Shown here: positions 1-9,026 of the stretch, piece after piece
How the letters are laid out: every line of letters begins with the position of its first letter
Position numbering within the stretch: the first letter of the stretch is position 1
Assembly: GCA_965233585.1 (NCBI GenBank)
Contig: CBDDTI010000747.1
Span: 672,001-736,000, forward strand
Reading direction: 5' to 3'
Length of the DNA: 64,000 bases
Source: a bacterium
GTDB taxonomy: Bacteria; SAR324; NAC60-12
The notes under the pieces: generated by a model
Databases searched by the model: none
Seen by the model: the letters and a program-made list of their open reading frames with translations, nothing else
What the model was told of the DNA's origin: nothing
Program-made: the position numbers and the translations under genes

Positions 1-681
1 ATAGAAAAAATGATTGTTGAGCAACATATCATGGTCAATGGAGAACCTGCCAAACTGGGACAACGGGTGAGACCGGGACAAGATAGAATCTTGGTAGAGG
101 GACAAGGTGTGAGAATTGACAAGCCTGTCAAACGAAAAGTGTATGCCTTTTATAAACCCAAAAATTGTGTGACCACTTTGCATGACCCTGAAGGACGATT
201 GACTGTGAAAGCATTTTTTCCAAAGACCAAAGAACGTCTTTTTCCTGTCGGGAGGCTTGACTATGATGCAGAAGGATTGTTGCTGCTGACCAATGATGGT
301 GCATTTGCTGACCGCATCATTCACCCAAGAAATAAGTTGTGGAAGACCTATTTTGTCAAACTGCAATCTGTCTTGAGTCAAGCAGACTTTCATAAAATCC
401 GAATGGGAATGTATATTGGAAGAGATGAATACACACAGCCTACCAAAGTGAAGTTCTTGCATACCGTGAACGATAAAAGTTGGGTGGAACTCGCCATGAG
501 GGAGGGGAAGAATCGCCAAATTAAACGAATGATGGAAAAACTTGGCACTCGCGTGCTTAAAATCAAAAGATTCAGCATCGGCAGCATCACACTTGGACCT
601 TTACAAAAAGGCGAATCACGACTCTTAACACCCCAAGAATTGCAAGAGTTAGAAAAGCTCATTTCAAAGAAAAGCTCCTAA
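1..681 (+). CDS. rluB: rRNA pseudouridine synthase, RsuA/RluB family (5' end runs off the window)
   Basis: S4-like N-terminal fragment and the motifs YKPKNCVTT, PVGRLDYDAEGLLLLTNDG (catalytic Asp) and EGKNRQIKRM. The frame is open back to base 1. Confidence 0.85.
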   Translation: MEKMIVEQHIMVNGEPAKLGQRVRPGQDRILVEGQGVRIDKPVKRKVYAFYKPKNCVTTLHDPEGRLTVKAFFPKTKERLFPVGRLDYDAEGLLLLTNDGAFADRIIHPRNKLWKTYFVKLQSVLSQADFHKIRMGMYIGRDEYTQPTKVKFLHTVNDKSWVELAMREGKNRQIKRMMEKLGTRVLKIKRFSIGSITLGPLQKGESRLLTPQELQELEKLISKKSS

Positions 682-733
682 CAAGGCACTCCAGCCGACA
701 GCTAAAGCTACCGCTGAGTTTTTAACGTTAACA
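676..733 (+). mobile_element. solo attC-like (integron 59-base element) site
   Basis: TCCTAAC-aaggc-ACTCCAGC...AGCtaaaGCT...GCTGAGT-ttttaac-GTTAACA. AAC/GTT outer boxes, ACTC(C)AGC pairing with GCTGAGT with one extrahelical base, 58 bp long. Confidence 0.6.
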
Positions 734-736
734 CTT

Positions 737-1504
737 ATGGGGAAACCAAACATGTCAGATAAAAGTTGGCAAAAAATATTTTTGGACTATCAAATTCTAC
801 AGCATGATTTTAGTCAGTCGCCATTTATCCTAACTTCCGAAATGATAAAAACGTCCTGTCAAAATTTCACCAAAACGGGGGAGAAAGAAGTACGTATTTT
901 GTGCAAGCAAGATCATAGAGAAAAAGTACCGACCATTATGGCTGAAAATGGTTTGTTTTTATTACCGGTCAAAAATGGCAAGTATGTGATTGTTAAAGGC
1001 GAAGGATATTTTGATATTCCAGAAATTACCACTAAGGCAAAATTCTATCAATCTAAAATATCCTTTGAATTGGAAACCTCACAAGTTGGCAATTCTGAAA
1101 TGCAACATTTGGATTTTGCCTATGCCACAAGCATCATTAGAACCTTTTTTAACGATGATAGTTTGGTTCTTACCATACGAGGCAGAAAATACACGCCAGA
1201 GTTTTCTTTCTATGTTGGCAATCAAAAAATCACCACAAAAAGCGTTCAAACAGAAGTTGACGCAGGCTATGAGGGTAAAGACAAAATTATCTTGGTAGAG
1301 GCAAAAAATTCAAAAACCCAAAACACTGTCATCAGGCAACTGTTTTACCCATTTAGACAGTGGAGTGAATATACTCAAAAACAAATATGCTTAGTATTCT
1401 TTGAAAAAAGGGACTCTGAGTATATGCTGTGGCAATACAAATTCAAAAACAAAGACGATTATAATAGCATTGAGTTAGTTAATAGTTGTAAATACTATCT
1501 ATGA
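737..1504 (+). CDS. putative type II restriction endonuclease (PD-(D/E)XK fold)
   Basis: QTEVDAGYEG...ILVEAKN nuclease-like motif. Overlaps the downstream methyltransferase by 4 nt (ATGA). AT-rich. Confidence 0.65.
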   Translation: MGKPNMSDKSWQKIFLDYQILQHDFSQSPFILTSEMIKTSCQNFTKTGEKEVRILCKQDHREKVPTIMAENGLFLLPVKNGKYVIVKGEGYFDIPEITTKAKFYQSKISFELETSQVGNSEMQHLDFAYATSIIRTFFNDDSLVLTIRGRKYTPEFSFYVGNQKITTKSVQTEVDAGYEGKDKIILVEAKNSKTQNTVIRQLFYPFRQWSEYTQKQICLVFFEKRDSEYMLWQYKFKNKDDYNSIELVNSCKYYL

Positions 1505-2310
1505 AAGATTACTTTTTTTATCAGTCTGAAAAATCAGTTCTGCTGTATGGAGACAGTTTGTTATTATTGGATAAATTAGCATCCAGTAATAGTCGTTTTG
1601 ATTTGATTTTTGCTGATCCGCCTTATTTTCTTTCTAATGGGGGTATGAGTGTACATGCTGGCAAGCGTGTAAAAGTAGATAAAGGAACTTGGGATAAATC
1701 CAATGGCTTTGATGCTGATTATGAATTTACTTATCAGTGGATTAGTAGATGTAGAGAATTATTAATTGACAATGGTACTATTTGGATTAGTGGTACATTG
1801 CACAATATTTACCTAGTAGGTTTTATACTGCAAAAATTGGGTTTTACTATTTTAAATGACATTGAATGGTTTAAGCCAAACGCCCCTCCTCATCTAGCAT
1901 GTCGTTACTTTGCCCATGCTCATGAAACGCTTTTATGGTCAAAAAAATCTAAAAAATCCAAGCATACTTTTCACTATGAGCAAATGAAAAAATGGCAAGG
2001 TGGCAAAGACATTATCAAAAATGAAAACAAGCAAATGCGCAGTGTGTGGGCAATACCACTTACACCAAAAAGTGAGAAAAAATTTGGCAAACATCCTACA
2101 CAAAAACCTGAAGAACTTTTAAGAAGAGTCATTCTATCTTCCAGTAATGCAGGTGATACTATCCTAGATCCTTTTTGTGGCAGTGGTACAACTGGAGTTG
2201 TATCTGTTCAGTATGGTAGGAATTTTATTGGTATAGATCATAACAGCGATTTCTTAGAGATTGCAAAGCAGAGAATAGAAGAAAAAAGCAATATATTGTC
2301 ATTGTTTTAG
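1501..2310 (+). CDS. beta-class adenine DNA methyltransferase, DpnA/M.DpnIIB-like
   Basis: FADPPYFLSNGG...VDKGTWDK, HPTQKPEELL and LDPFCGSGTTG motifs, with the catalytic motif before the SAM-binding motif. Confidence 0.9.
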   Translation: MKDYFFYQSEKSVLLYGDSLLLLDKLASSNSRFDLIFADPPYFLSNGGMSVHAGKRVKVDKGTWDKSNGFDADYEFTYQWISRCRELLIDNGTIWISGTLHNIYLVGFILQKLGFTILNDIEWFKPNAPPHLACRYFAHAHETLLWSKKSKKSKHTFHYEQMKKWQGGKDIIKNENKQMRSVWAIPLTPKSEKKFGKHPTQKPEELLRRVILSSSNAGDTILDPFCGSGTTGVVSVQYGRNFIGIDHNSDFLEIAKQRIEEKSNILSLF

Positions 2311-2544
2311 TGCTAATAAATCATTACAACTGCAATCCAAATTTTTTAATTTTTTGCAAAAATGTCTTGCCAAGTTGGATTAAGAGTTGCCCACCATTCC
2401 TTGAGATTTTGTGACATCGTTTTTTCCTTAAATTAAAAATTGGGTTTTAAAAAGTTGATGATGATACTTGAGTTTTGAGATGATGAACAAGTTTTTTCTT
2501 TTCACAAGAGGCATCTGATAGGCAAACATGCTGACTAAAGAGGT

Positions 2545-3171
2545 TCAAAAGAAAAGACGACTTAACTCTGAATAGGAAATAAAAAAAGCAAAGCACAAGA
2601 TGACTAGGGCAAACAATTTGTCAATCATGGCTTGATACTTTTGGAAGATGCGTTTGATGTGTCCCTGATTCAGCAACGTGGCAACCAACACAAACCAAAT
2701 CAAAGTCCAAATCGTGATGACGAAAGCAAGGGCAAAAAAAGACCACCCTGACCAACCTTGTTGCACAAGAGGAGACATGACATTGACAAAGAAAATCCAT
2801 GCCTTCGGGTTCAGTAAATTGGTCAAATAGCCGTTTTTCAGGGCGTTCCAATGGCTTGAAAAACTTAAAGGCTGCAAAGCAGTCCAACTTTCAGACTTGG
2901 CAAATAATCCAGAAAGAGCCATTTTGAACAGCCACAGCCCACCCAAAATGACAATCATGCTGTACATCCATTTGGATTGACTGATGAGTGCGGACAGACC
3001 AAAATAGGTCAATAAAAGATGTGTTGCTACTCCACTTGCAATGCCCAAGCAACAAGTCATCGTCTCACTTTGCTTGCCTGAAAGACTACACCTTGCCACC
3101 AGAAAAAAATCAGGACCAGGACTTACTACTGCCATCACATGCACCCCAAATAACACTAAAAAAGTACTCAT
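2545..3171 (-). CDS. LysE/RhtB family translocator
   Basis: SPGPDFFLV and GYLTNLLNPKAWIFF motifs, hydrophobic helices. Confidence 0.9.
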   Translation of the reverse strand: MSTFLVLFGVHVMAVVSPGPDFFLVARCSLSGKQSETMTCCLGIASGVATHLLLTYFGLSALISQSKWMYSMIVILGGLWLFKMALSGLFAKSESWTALQPLSFSSHWNALKNGYLTNLLNPKAWIFFVNVMSPLVQQGWSGWSFFALAFVITIWTLIWFVLVATLLNQGHIKRIFQKYQAMIDKLFALVILCFAFFISYSELSRLFF

Positions 3172-3219
3172 GTCTATCCAACCCTAAACGTTTGAATCCT
3201 AGTTTATTCCATTTTCAAA

Positions 3220-4782
3220 ATGTCAAACAACCCTTTTGAATTTAAAATAGAACATCAACAAGTTTTCCTTCGGTTTCTCAAACCCTGCTCAGTTTCTAAA
3301 ATTCTTGAACCCCTGCAATATGAACTCTTCCAGTATGAGGTTGAGTATCTGCCAGACAGACTTTTGAAGCTGTCCCAAAATCAAAGTCAAACGTGGCAAT
3401 ATCTTTGCGAGTTTGGCAGCCGTCTTTATCAATACGAAGTCCGTCTTTCTCAAGGACACCATGAAGCCTATTTGACAATCGTCCCGCCCTTTCACGATGA
3501 CATTGAACCCCCAACTTTTGAGGAATTGCACCAAGTGTTAAAGCATCATGGGGTCTTGTCAGGCATTTTGGAATCAGAATGCCAAAAGATGCTACAAGAT
3601 GAAATTTTTTATGAACCTTGTCTTGTGGCAAAGTCTTCTCCTGCGGTGCAAGGGAACAATGGCAAACTTCAAATCATTTATCCTGCTGACAAACACTTCC
3701 ATCATTTACAGCAAATCAATTATCGTGAAAAAGGGACGTTGAGAACGGTTGTGCAAGGTGAATGGATTGCACGATTGATTCCCCCCACTACTGGGCAAGA
3801 TGGTTGGCTAGTCAATGGTCAAATTCTTTCTGCCAAAGCAGGCAAACCTTGTAGAGTGTATGCAGGAAAAGGGGTCACTTACAACCAAGACACTCATCAA
3901 TTTCATACAGAATCTGCAGGCTTTTTGCTTTTTGACAACAAACGATTGTCTGTGGAAAACATTTTGCGTGTGCCTTGTGTCAATCCAGAAATTGGCAATC
4001 TTAACTTTGATGGCAAGCTCTACATTGAAGGAGACGTGGAAGATGGCTATGAAGTCCGTGCCACTCAAGGCATTGAAGTCAAAGGAGTCGTTGGAAAGTC
4101 GTTGTTGGAAACCGATGGTTCTCTTTATATTCATGGGGGCGTCTGGGGTGCAACACTCCGTGCCAAGCAAATCATTTTTTTCCGTTTTGCATGTGATGCT
4201 AAAGTGCAACATGCCAGACACATCTACATTCAGCATTATGCCACGCACTGCGATTTGGAGGCTGAGGTGTCAGTCAAGGTGAAGGCACAAGATGGCTTCA
4301 TTTATGGTGGAAAAACAAGGGCAGGGCTTTTGATTTCTCTACCAAATGCAGGGTCTGAAAAGTGGGAAGTGACCAGCATCTTTCAAACAGGACTTTCTGC
4401 AAAAGAGGCTCAAACGTTGGCTTCTACTAAACAACAAGCTAAGCAACTTGAAGAATTTAAACGTCTGCGACACCAGTACATCAAACACCGTCAAAACATC
4501 AATCCCAAGCCCTTTCAAACGCTTTGTAACAACCTTCATGCACAAGCACGACTTCAACATCGTTTCAAGGAAACAGGGCATTCGTTCCAAGATGGAGTCA
4601 TTTTGGTCAATAATCACATCTTTCAAGGCAGTCAAATTCAAATAGGGCAGGCAGGCTATCTTGTCCAAACAGCACTCAAACATGTTGCTTTTATTGCACC
4701 CAAGTCCAAAGTCACCCCAACAGACATAGATGACCTAGACCTTCAAAAATTTCTCATTGCCAAATCACATCATGCAAATTGA
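3220..4782 (+). CDS. DUF342/FapA family protein
   Basis: Family-typical segments GVLSGI, VVQGEWIARLIPPTTGQDG and GNLNFDGKLYIEGDVEDGYEVRA (beta-solenoid). Confidence 0.8.
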   Translation: MSNNPFEFKIEHQQVFLRFLKPCSVSKILEPLQYELFQYEVEYLPDRLLKLSQNQSQTWQYLCEFGSRLYQYEVRLSQGHHEAYLTIVPPFHDDIEPPTFEELHQVLKHHGVLSGILESECQKMLQDEIFYEPCLVAKSSPAVQGNNGKLQIIYPADKHFHHLQQINYREKGTLRTVVQGEWIARLIPPTTGQDGWLVNGQILSAKAGKPCRVYAGKGVTYNQDTHQFHTESAGFLLFDNKRLSVENILRVPCVNPEIGNLNFDGKLYIEGDVEDGYEVRATQGIEVKGVVGKSLLETDGSLYIHGGVWGATLRAKQIIFFRFACDAKVQHARHIYIQHYATHCDLEAEVSVKVKAQDGFIYGGKTRAGLLISLPNAGSEKWEVTSIFQTGLSAKEAQTLASTKQQAKQLEEFKRLRHQYIKHRQNINPKPFQTLCNNLHAQARLQHRFKETGHSFQDGVILVNNHIFQGSQIQIGQAGYLVQTALKHVAFIAPKSKVTPTDIDDLDLQKFLIAKSHHAN

Positions 4783-4808
4783 ATGTTCTTAAAGCAATTT
4801 ACTGTTTT

Positions 4809-5762
4809 TCAATGCCTCCAAAGCTCTAATTTTGTCAAAATGGCTTTCTGAACGTGCAAGCGGTTTTCTGCTTGGTCCCAGACCACAGATTGCTTGCCTT
4901 CTAAAACATCATGTGTGATTTCACGACCTTTTTCTGCTGGTAAGCAGTGCATCACGATTGCATCAGGGCTGGCACATTTCAGCAAGTCTTGATTCACTTG
5001 AAAGGGTTGTAATTTTTGTAGTCGCTCTTCAAGCATTTCTTTTTCTCCCATACTTGCCCAAACATCTGTATAAATCACTTCTGCTTGCGAGACAGCTTCT
5101 TTGGCATCATGGAGAATTTGAATTTTAGAAGATTTGTTCTGACTTGCAATTTTTAGTATTTGGGGGTCTGGCATGGTGTCAGGAGACGTTGCGATGGTGA
5201 ACTCTATTGGAATCCTTGCCGCAAGGGCGAGCCATGAATGAACAATGTTGTTGCCATCTCCAAGATAAGTGATTTTTTTGTTTTCCAGTGAACCAAGACG
5301 TTCAATGATGGTGAAGGCATCAGCAAAGATTTGGCAAGGGTGGCTCCAGTCTGTCAGCATATTGACCACAGGCACAGAGGCATATTTTGCCAACTCTTCC
5401 ACGTCTTCATGTGCAAAAGTACGAATCAAAATGCCATCAACATAGCGCGAGATGACACGTGCAACATCTGCAACAGATTCACGTTTGCCTATCTCAAAAT
5501 CTGCTTGTGTCAAATGAATACATGTTCCCCCTAGTTGTGTGATGCCTGCCTCAAATGAAACACGAGTTCTCAATGAATTTTTGTGAAAGAACATTGCATA
5601 AATTTTATTGAGCAACGTTTTGGGACATTCCCCTTGTTTCTGTAAACTTTTGAGCTTTTTGGCAAACTCTAGTGTTTCAAGAATGTCTTCAGGCGTCCAG
5701 TCTAGGAATGTTAACAAATTTTTTTTAGTTTGCATGTGGACAGTTTCATTCATGTTCAACAA
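4809..5762 (-). CDS. argF: ornithine carbamoyltransferase (true start may be 5753 or 5735)
   Basis: SLRTRVSFE, HPCQ, DVWASMG, HCLPA and QAENR motifs. Confidence 0.92.
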   Translation of the reverse strand: MLNMNETVHMQTKKNLLTFLDWTPEDILETLEFAKKLKSLQKQGECPKTLLNKIYAMFFHKNSLRTRVSFEAGITQLGGTCIHLTQADFEIGKRESVADVARVISRYVDGILIRTFAHEDVEELAKYASVPVVNMLTDWSHPCQIFADAFTIIERLGSLENKKITYLGDGNNIVHSWLALAARIPIEFTIATSPDTMPDPQILKIASQNKSSKIQILHDAKEAVSQAEVIYTDVWASMGEKEMLEERLQKLQPFQVNQDLLKCASPDAIVMHCLPAEKGREITHDVLEGKQSVVWDQAENRLHVQKAILTKLELWRH

Positions 5763-6981
5763 ATGTCATAACATCACGAATAGATTGAGAGTTGACGAGG
5801 ATCATCAGCAGTCGCTCAATTCCAAGAGCCATACCTGCGGCTGGGGGCATGCCTTCTTGGAGACTATTGAGAAACAGTTCATCAAGTGGGACGTGGGGCA
5901 TTTGATGCTGTTGTCGCTTTTCAAGTTCTTGTTCAAAACGTTCTCTGGCTTGACAGGCATCAGTGAGTTCCCCAAATCCATTAGCCAACTCTTGTCCTTT
6001 GATGTAGAGTTCTACACGTTCTGAAAGGCGGAGGTTGTCTTGACGAGCTTGTGCCAGACTGGCAAGGGGCAGGGGCCAATCGTAAACGAAAGTGGGAGCA
6101 TCATCACCAATCTCTTGCTCAAAAGCACCCCACAGATATGAAAAGATTTCTTGATAAGACTCCCCTGCACTGTCTGCAATCCAGTGACCAAGACCTGCTT
6201 GTTTGGCTAGCCTTGCTAGCTCTTCTCCAGTTTCTACATGCTGAATCTTTAAATTAAGATGCTTTTCAAAAATTTCAAACACAGAGTAACGTTGCCATGT
6301 TTTTGAGGTTTCTTGCCCTAACGTTTTAGGAAAGATGTCCCCCAATCTTTGTAGAAACGATTGTAAATCTTTGACGACGTCTTCCAGCCTTGCAAAAGCA
6401 CGGTACCACTCAAGCAAAGTAAATTCAGGATTATGTTTGTTACCAATTTCGTCACCACGGAAGCAGGGGGCAATCTGATAAATTTTTTCAAATCCCCCAA
6501 CAAGCATGCGTTTCATGTGAAACTCAGGAGAGGTTTGCAAAAACGCCTTTTCAGAAGATACAGGGCAAAAGACTGCTTCAGGGTTGGGGGCATCTACACG
6601 CACAGGTGTTTGCACCTCCAAAAAATTTTGATAGTCAAAATAATCACGTATTCTTTTTAAAACCTGATGTCTTTTGTGGAGGTTTTCCATACGTTTATTA
6701 CTTTGGCTAAAGTTACGCCATCTGTAAACATCACCTTGTAGGCTGGGTTGAGTGTCTGCAGAAAATAACTTTTCAACCTTTGTCAAGGTGGCAATCTTTA
6801 CAGAAAAAACAATAATATCACCCACTGCTAACTTCGTCCCTAAAGGACACGAACGTTGTACAATCTTGTGTTCTTGTGCAATCCAGACCAAGAGCATGTT
6901 CTTGCATTGACGCAAAGCCACGATTCGCCCTGCGAATTGGTCTTTTGCAACAATCGGAGTCGTACGGCTTTGTAAATTCAT
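5746..6981 (-). CDS. epmA: EF-P lysine aminoacylase EpmA/GenX with N-terminal extension
   Basis: LQTSPEFHMKRML, HNPEFTLLEWY, ELANGFGEL and GMALGIERL motifs. Overlaps efp. Confidence 0.88.
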   Translation of the reverse strand: MNLQSRTTPIVAKDQFAGRIVALRQCKNMLLVWIAQEHKIVQRSCPLGTKLAVGDIIVFSVKIATLTKVEKLFSADTQPSLQGDVYRWRNFSQSNKRMENLHKRHQVLKRIRDYFDYQNFLEVQTPVRVDAPNPEAVFCPVSSEKAFLQTSPEFHMKRMLVGGFEKIYQIAPCFRGDEIGNKHNPEFTLLEWYRAFARLEDVVKDLQSFLQRLGDIFPKTLGQETSKTWQRYSVFEIFEKHLNLKIQHVETGEELARLAKQAGLGHWIADSAGESYQEIFSYLWGAFEQEIGDDAPTFVYDWPLPLASLAQARQDNLRLSERVELYIKGQELANGFGELTDACQARERFEQELEKRQQHQMPHVPLDELFLNSLQEGMPPAAGMALGIERLLMILVNSQSIRDVMTFVEHE

Positions 6982-7541
6982 ACTTTCACCCTCTCAATGT
7001 ATTCACCTGTTCTCGTGTCAATCCGCAAATGGTCTCCTTCATTGATGAATAAAGGCACATTGACCTCGTACTTGGTAGAAAGGGTTGCAGGTTTGGTGGC
7101 TCCTGTGACCGTGTTTCCTTTTTCACCGGGTGTGGTCTCAATCACTTCTAACAAGACAAAATTGGGCAGGGTGATTCCAATGGGTTTAGAGTTAAAAAAA
7201 GCGATGGCAACTGTCGTGTTTTCTTGCAAATAACGGGACGCTTCACCGATGAAATCACTACCTAACTCTATCTGCTCATAAGTTGATTGACTCATAAAAT
7301 GGTAGGTTTGCCCCTCTTGGTAAAGGAATGCCATTTCATGCTCTTCTACATCAGCAGGTTTTAACTTTTCCCCTGTTTTGAAGGTCTTATCCAAAACATT
7401 GAGATTGATCATGTTGCGTATTTTTGTACGGGTAAACGCATTACCTTTTCCGGGCTTGACAAATTGAAAATCTATGACTTGGTAAGGAGTCCCGTCTATT
7501 TCAATACGTAACCCTTTCCTAATGTCTGAAACTTCGTACAT
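6978..7541 (-). CDS. efp: elongation factor P
   Basis: KPGKGNAF loop and VPLFINEGD...DTRTGEY C-terminus. Confidence 0.97.
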   Translation of the reverse strand: MYEVSDIRKGLRIEIDGTPYQVIDFQFVKPGKGNAFTRTKIRNMINLNVLDKTFKTGEKLKPADVEEHEMAFLYQEGQTYHFMSQSTYEQIELGSDFIGEASRYLQENTTVAIAFFNSKPIGITLPNFVLLEVIETTPGEKGNTVTGATKPATLSTKYEVNVPLFINEGDHLRIDTRTGEYIERVKV

Positions 7542-7677
7542 GAGGCGATTTTATCCTAATAATAGAGAATTGAAAAAGACGAAAATTATCACTTAAGATA
7601 GTGATGATGTCAAGGGTAAGAGAGATGTTCGCATCATTTTTAAAGAAATGATAGGTTGAGGAGGGTTTTTTTTAAGT

Positions 7678-8697
7678 TTAAGGAGCAGTCAAAACTTCAC
7701 TTTCTGTCTCACGTTCATTGATAAATTGATTAAATTCATTGGCTCTTTCTGTGACAGAATTATCTCCAACGCCTTGATTGATATAAGATGATTCTCTTGA
7801 GCGATTTTTGATGAACTCTTCAAACTTTGCTTGTTCCTGTGGGTTTCGTGTTTTGAAGTATTGAACGCCTGCTTTTTGTAAATCTTTTTGACGTTGTTTA
7901 ATGAAGTTTTGATACAAAACGCCTTTGCCTTGGTTTTTATTGACCGCCTTTTGACCGCCTTGATGTTTGACCTGAACTTTTTGATGATTGGCGACAAACT
8001 CGTCATATTTTTCTGCAACAGAATAATTCATTTTCTGCACATCTTCACGGTAAGAAACTGCCTCTTCGTTTCGTGTGGCGACAAACTTTTCGTAACGTTC
8101 CCGTAAATCAGTGCTTTTTTTAGAGGCAGGTCCTGTGAATGAAGTTTGCTTTTCTTGTTGATATTGTTGGTGTCTTGCTTGTCTGTCAAGCAATTCATTG
8201 AATCTTTTCAACTGGGTGTCAGTCTTGAAAGAAGACCCTTGAGCAGTGTTTTTGTCTAAATATTTTTGCGTCTCTTCTGCTTTCCTCATAAATTTTTGGA
8301 AGGCATCACGTCTTGTTTTTTGTTGAAACTGTCCATCAGGCACACGATTCTTATAAAAAGCCACAGACCTTTCGTGTTGTTCCTGAAACTTTCCCCAATC
8401 TTCTCGTTTGGAATCTTTAGTTAGCATCTGATTCCTCTTTCTCAATTCTTCTAGCTTTTGTTGATAAATCTCTTGCGCTCGTTCTTGTTGTTGCAAAAAT
8501 TGAGTAGAACGTTGAGACAATGACTCTGACTTGAGGTCGCGTTGTCGTTGATTTTCGTTGTTCAGCTTTTGTTCAGTTTGCCTAAGCCTTCGCAAATAAA
8601 TTCGGTCACTTGGGAACTCTTGCGTTGGCAATTCTGCCTGCCCATACACTATGAAAAGGACTGCGAACAAAAAAGCGGCTTTCAAAAATGGGTTCAT
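7678..8697 (-). CDS. secreted hypothetical protein, Q/K/E-rich with helical repeats
   Basis: Signal-peptide-like N-terminus (MNPFLKAAFLFAVLFIVYGQA), 339 aa, recurring [FY]xxF motif. Confidence 0.7.
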   Translation of the reverse strand: MNPFLKAAFLFAVLFIVYGQAELPTQEFPSDRIYLRRLRQTEQKLNNENQRQRDLKSESLSQRSTQFLQQQERAQEIYQQKLEELRKRNQMLTKDSKREDWGKFQEQHERSVAFYKNRVPDGQFQQKTRRDAFQKFMRKAEETQKYLDKNTAQGSSFKTDTQLKRFNELLDRQARHQQYQQEKQTSFTGPASKKSTDLRERYEKFVATRNEEAVSYREDVQKMNYSVAEKYDEFVANHQKVQVKHQGGQKAVNKNQGKGVLYQNFIKQRQKDLQKAGVQYFKTRNPQEQAKFEEFIKNRSRESSYINQGVGDNSVTERANEFNQFINERETESEVLTAP

Positions 8698-8740
8698 TGT
8701 GTTCTAAAAAAAACTCTTGAATCAAAGACATCTTGCTTGC

Positions 8741-8767
8741 TTATCGGCATTTCCCCAAAGAACATGA
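8741..8767 (-). promoter_or_regulatory. putative sigma28 (FliA) promoter for 7678-8697
   Basis: Minus strand reads TCAT-N15-GCCGATAA: perfect -10 box, imperfect -35 box, about 45 nt upstream of the ATG. Confidence 0.5.
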
Positions 8768-8909
8768 GCTTTTCAAACTATTCTGTCCAAACTCTTCTTT
8801 TGTTTATTTTGTTGAATAAATTAGCCTCTGATTGAAATCAAACTTGCTACTTCATTTCCCTCTACCTCACTCCCCTCAAAAAAAAATTCAAAAAATAATA
8901 AATATAGGC

Positions 8910-8937
8910 TTGCGTTTTTTTTTTGTACTTGCATAAT
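8910..8937 (+). promoter_or_regulatory. putative sigma70 promoter with a T10 tract in the spacer
   Basis: TTGCGT-16 nt-CATAAT, with a T run at 8915-8924 and an A-rich stretch upstream. Confidence 0.4.
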
Positions 8938-9026
8938 CTCGTTTTGTTGTTTTTCTCAAACTCTAATTTTGGATTTAACTAGAGGAGTTAGAGTTATTTT
9001 TTTAATCATTTAACCAAATAAATGTA

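Noticed and set aside
2311..2392. Second attC closing the RM cassette
   Set aside because: Only a loose IR (CAAC..AATCCAA / TTGGATT..GTTG). Box spacing and the extrahelical base do not fit attC, and it looks more like a REP relic.
4809..5762. N-acetyl- or N-succinyl-ornithine transcarbamylase because of SLRT
   Set aside because: The SMG and HCLPA motifs of ordinary OTCase are present.
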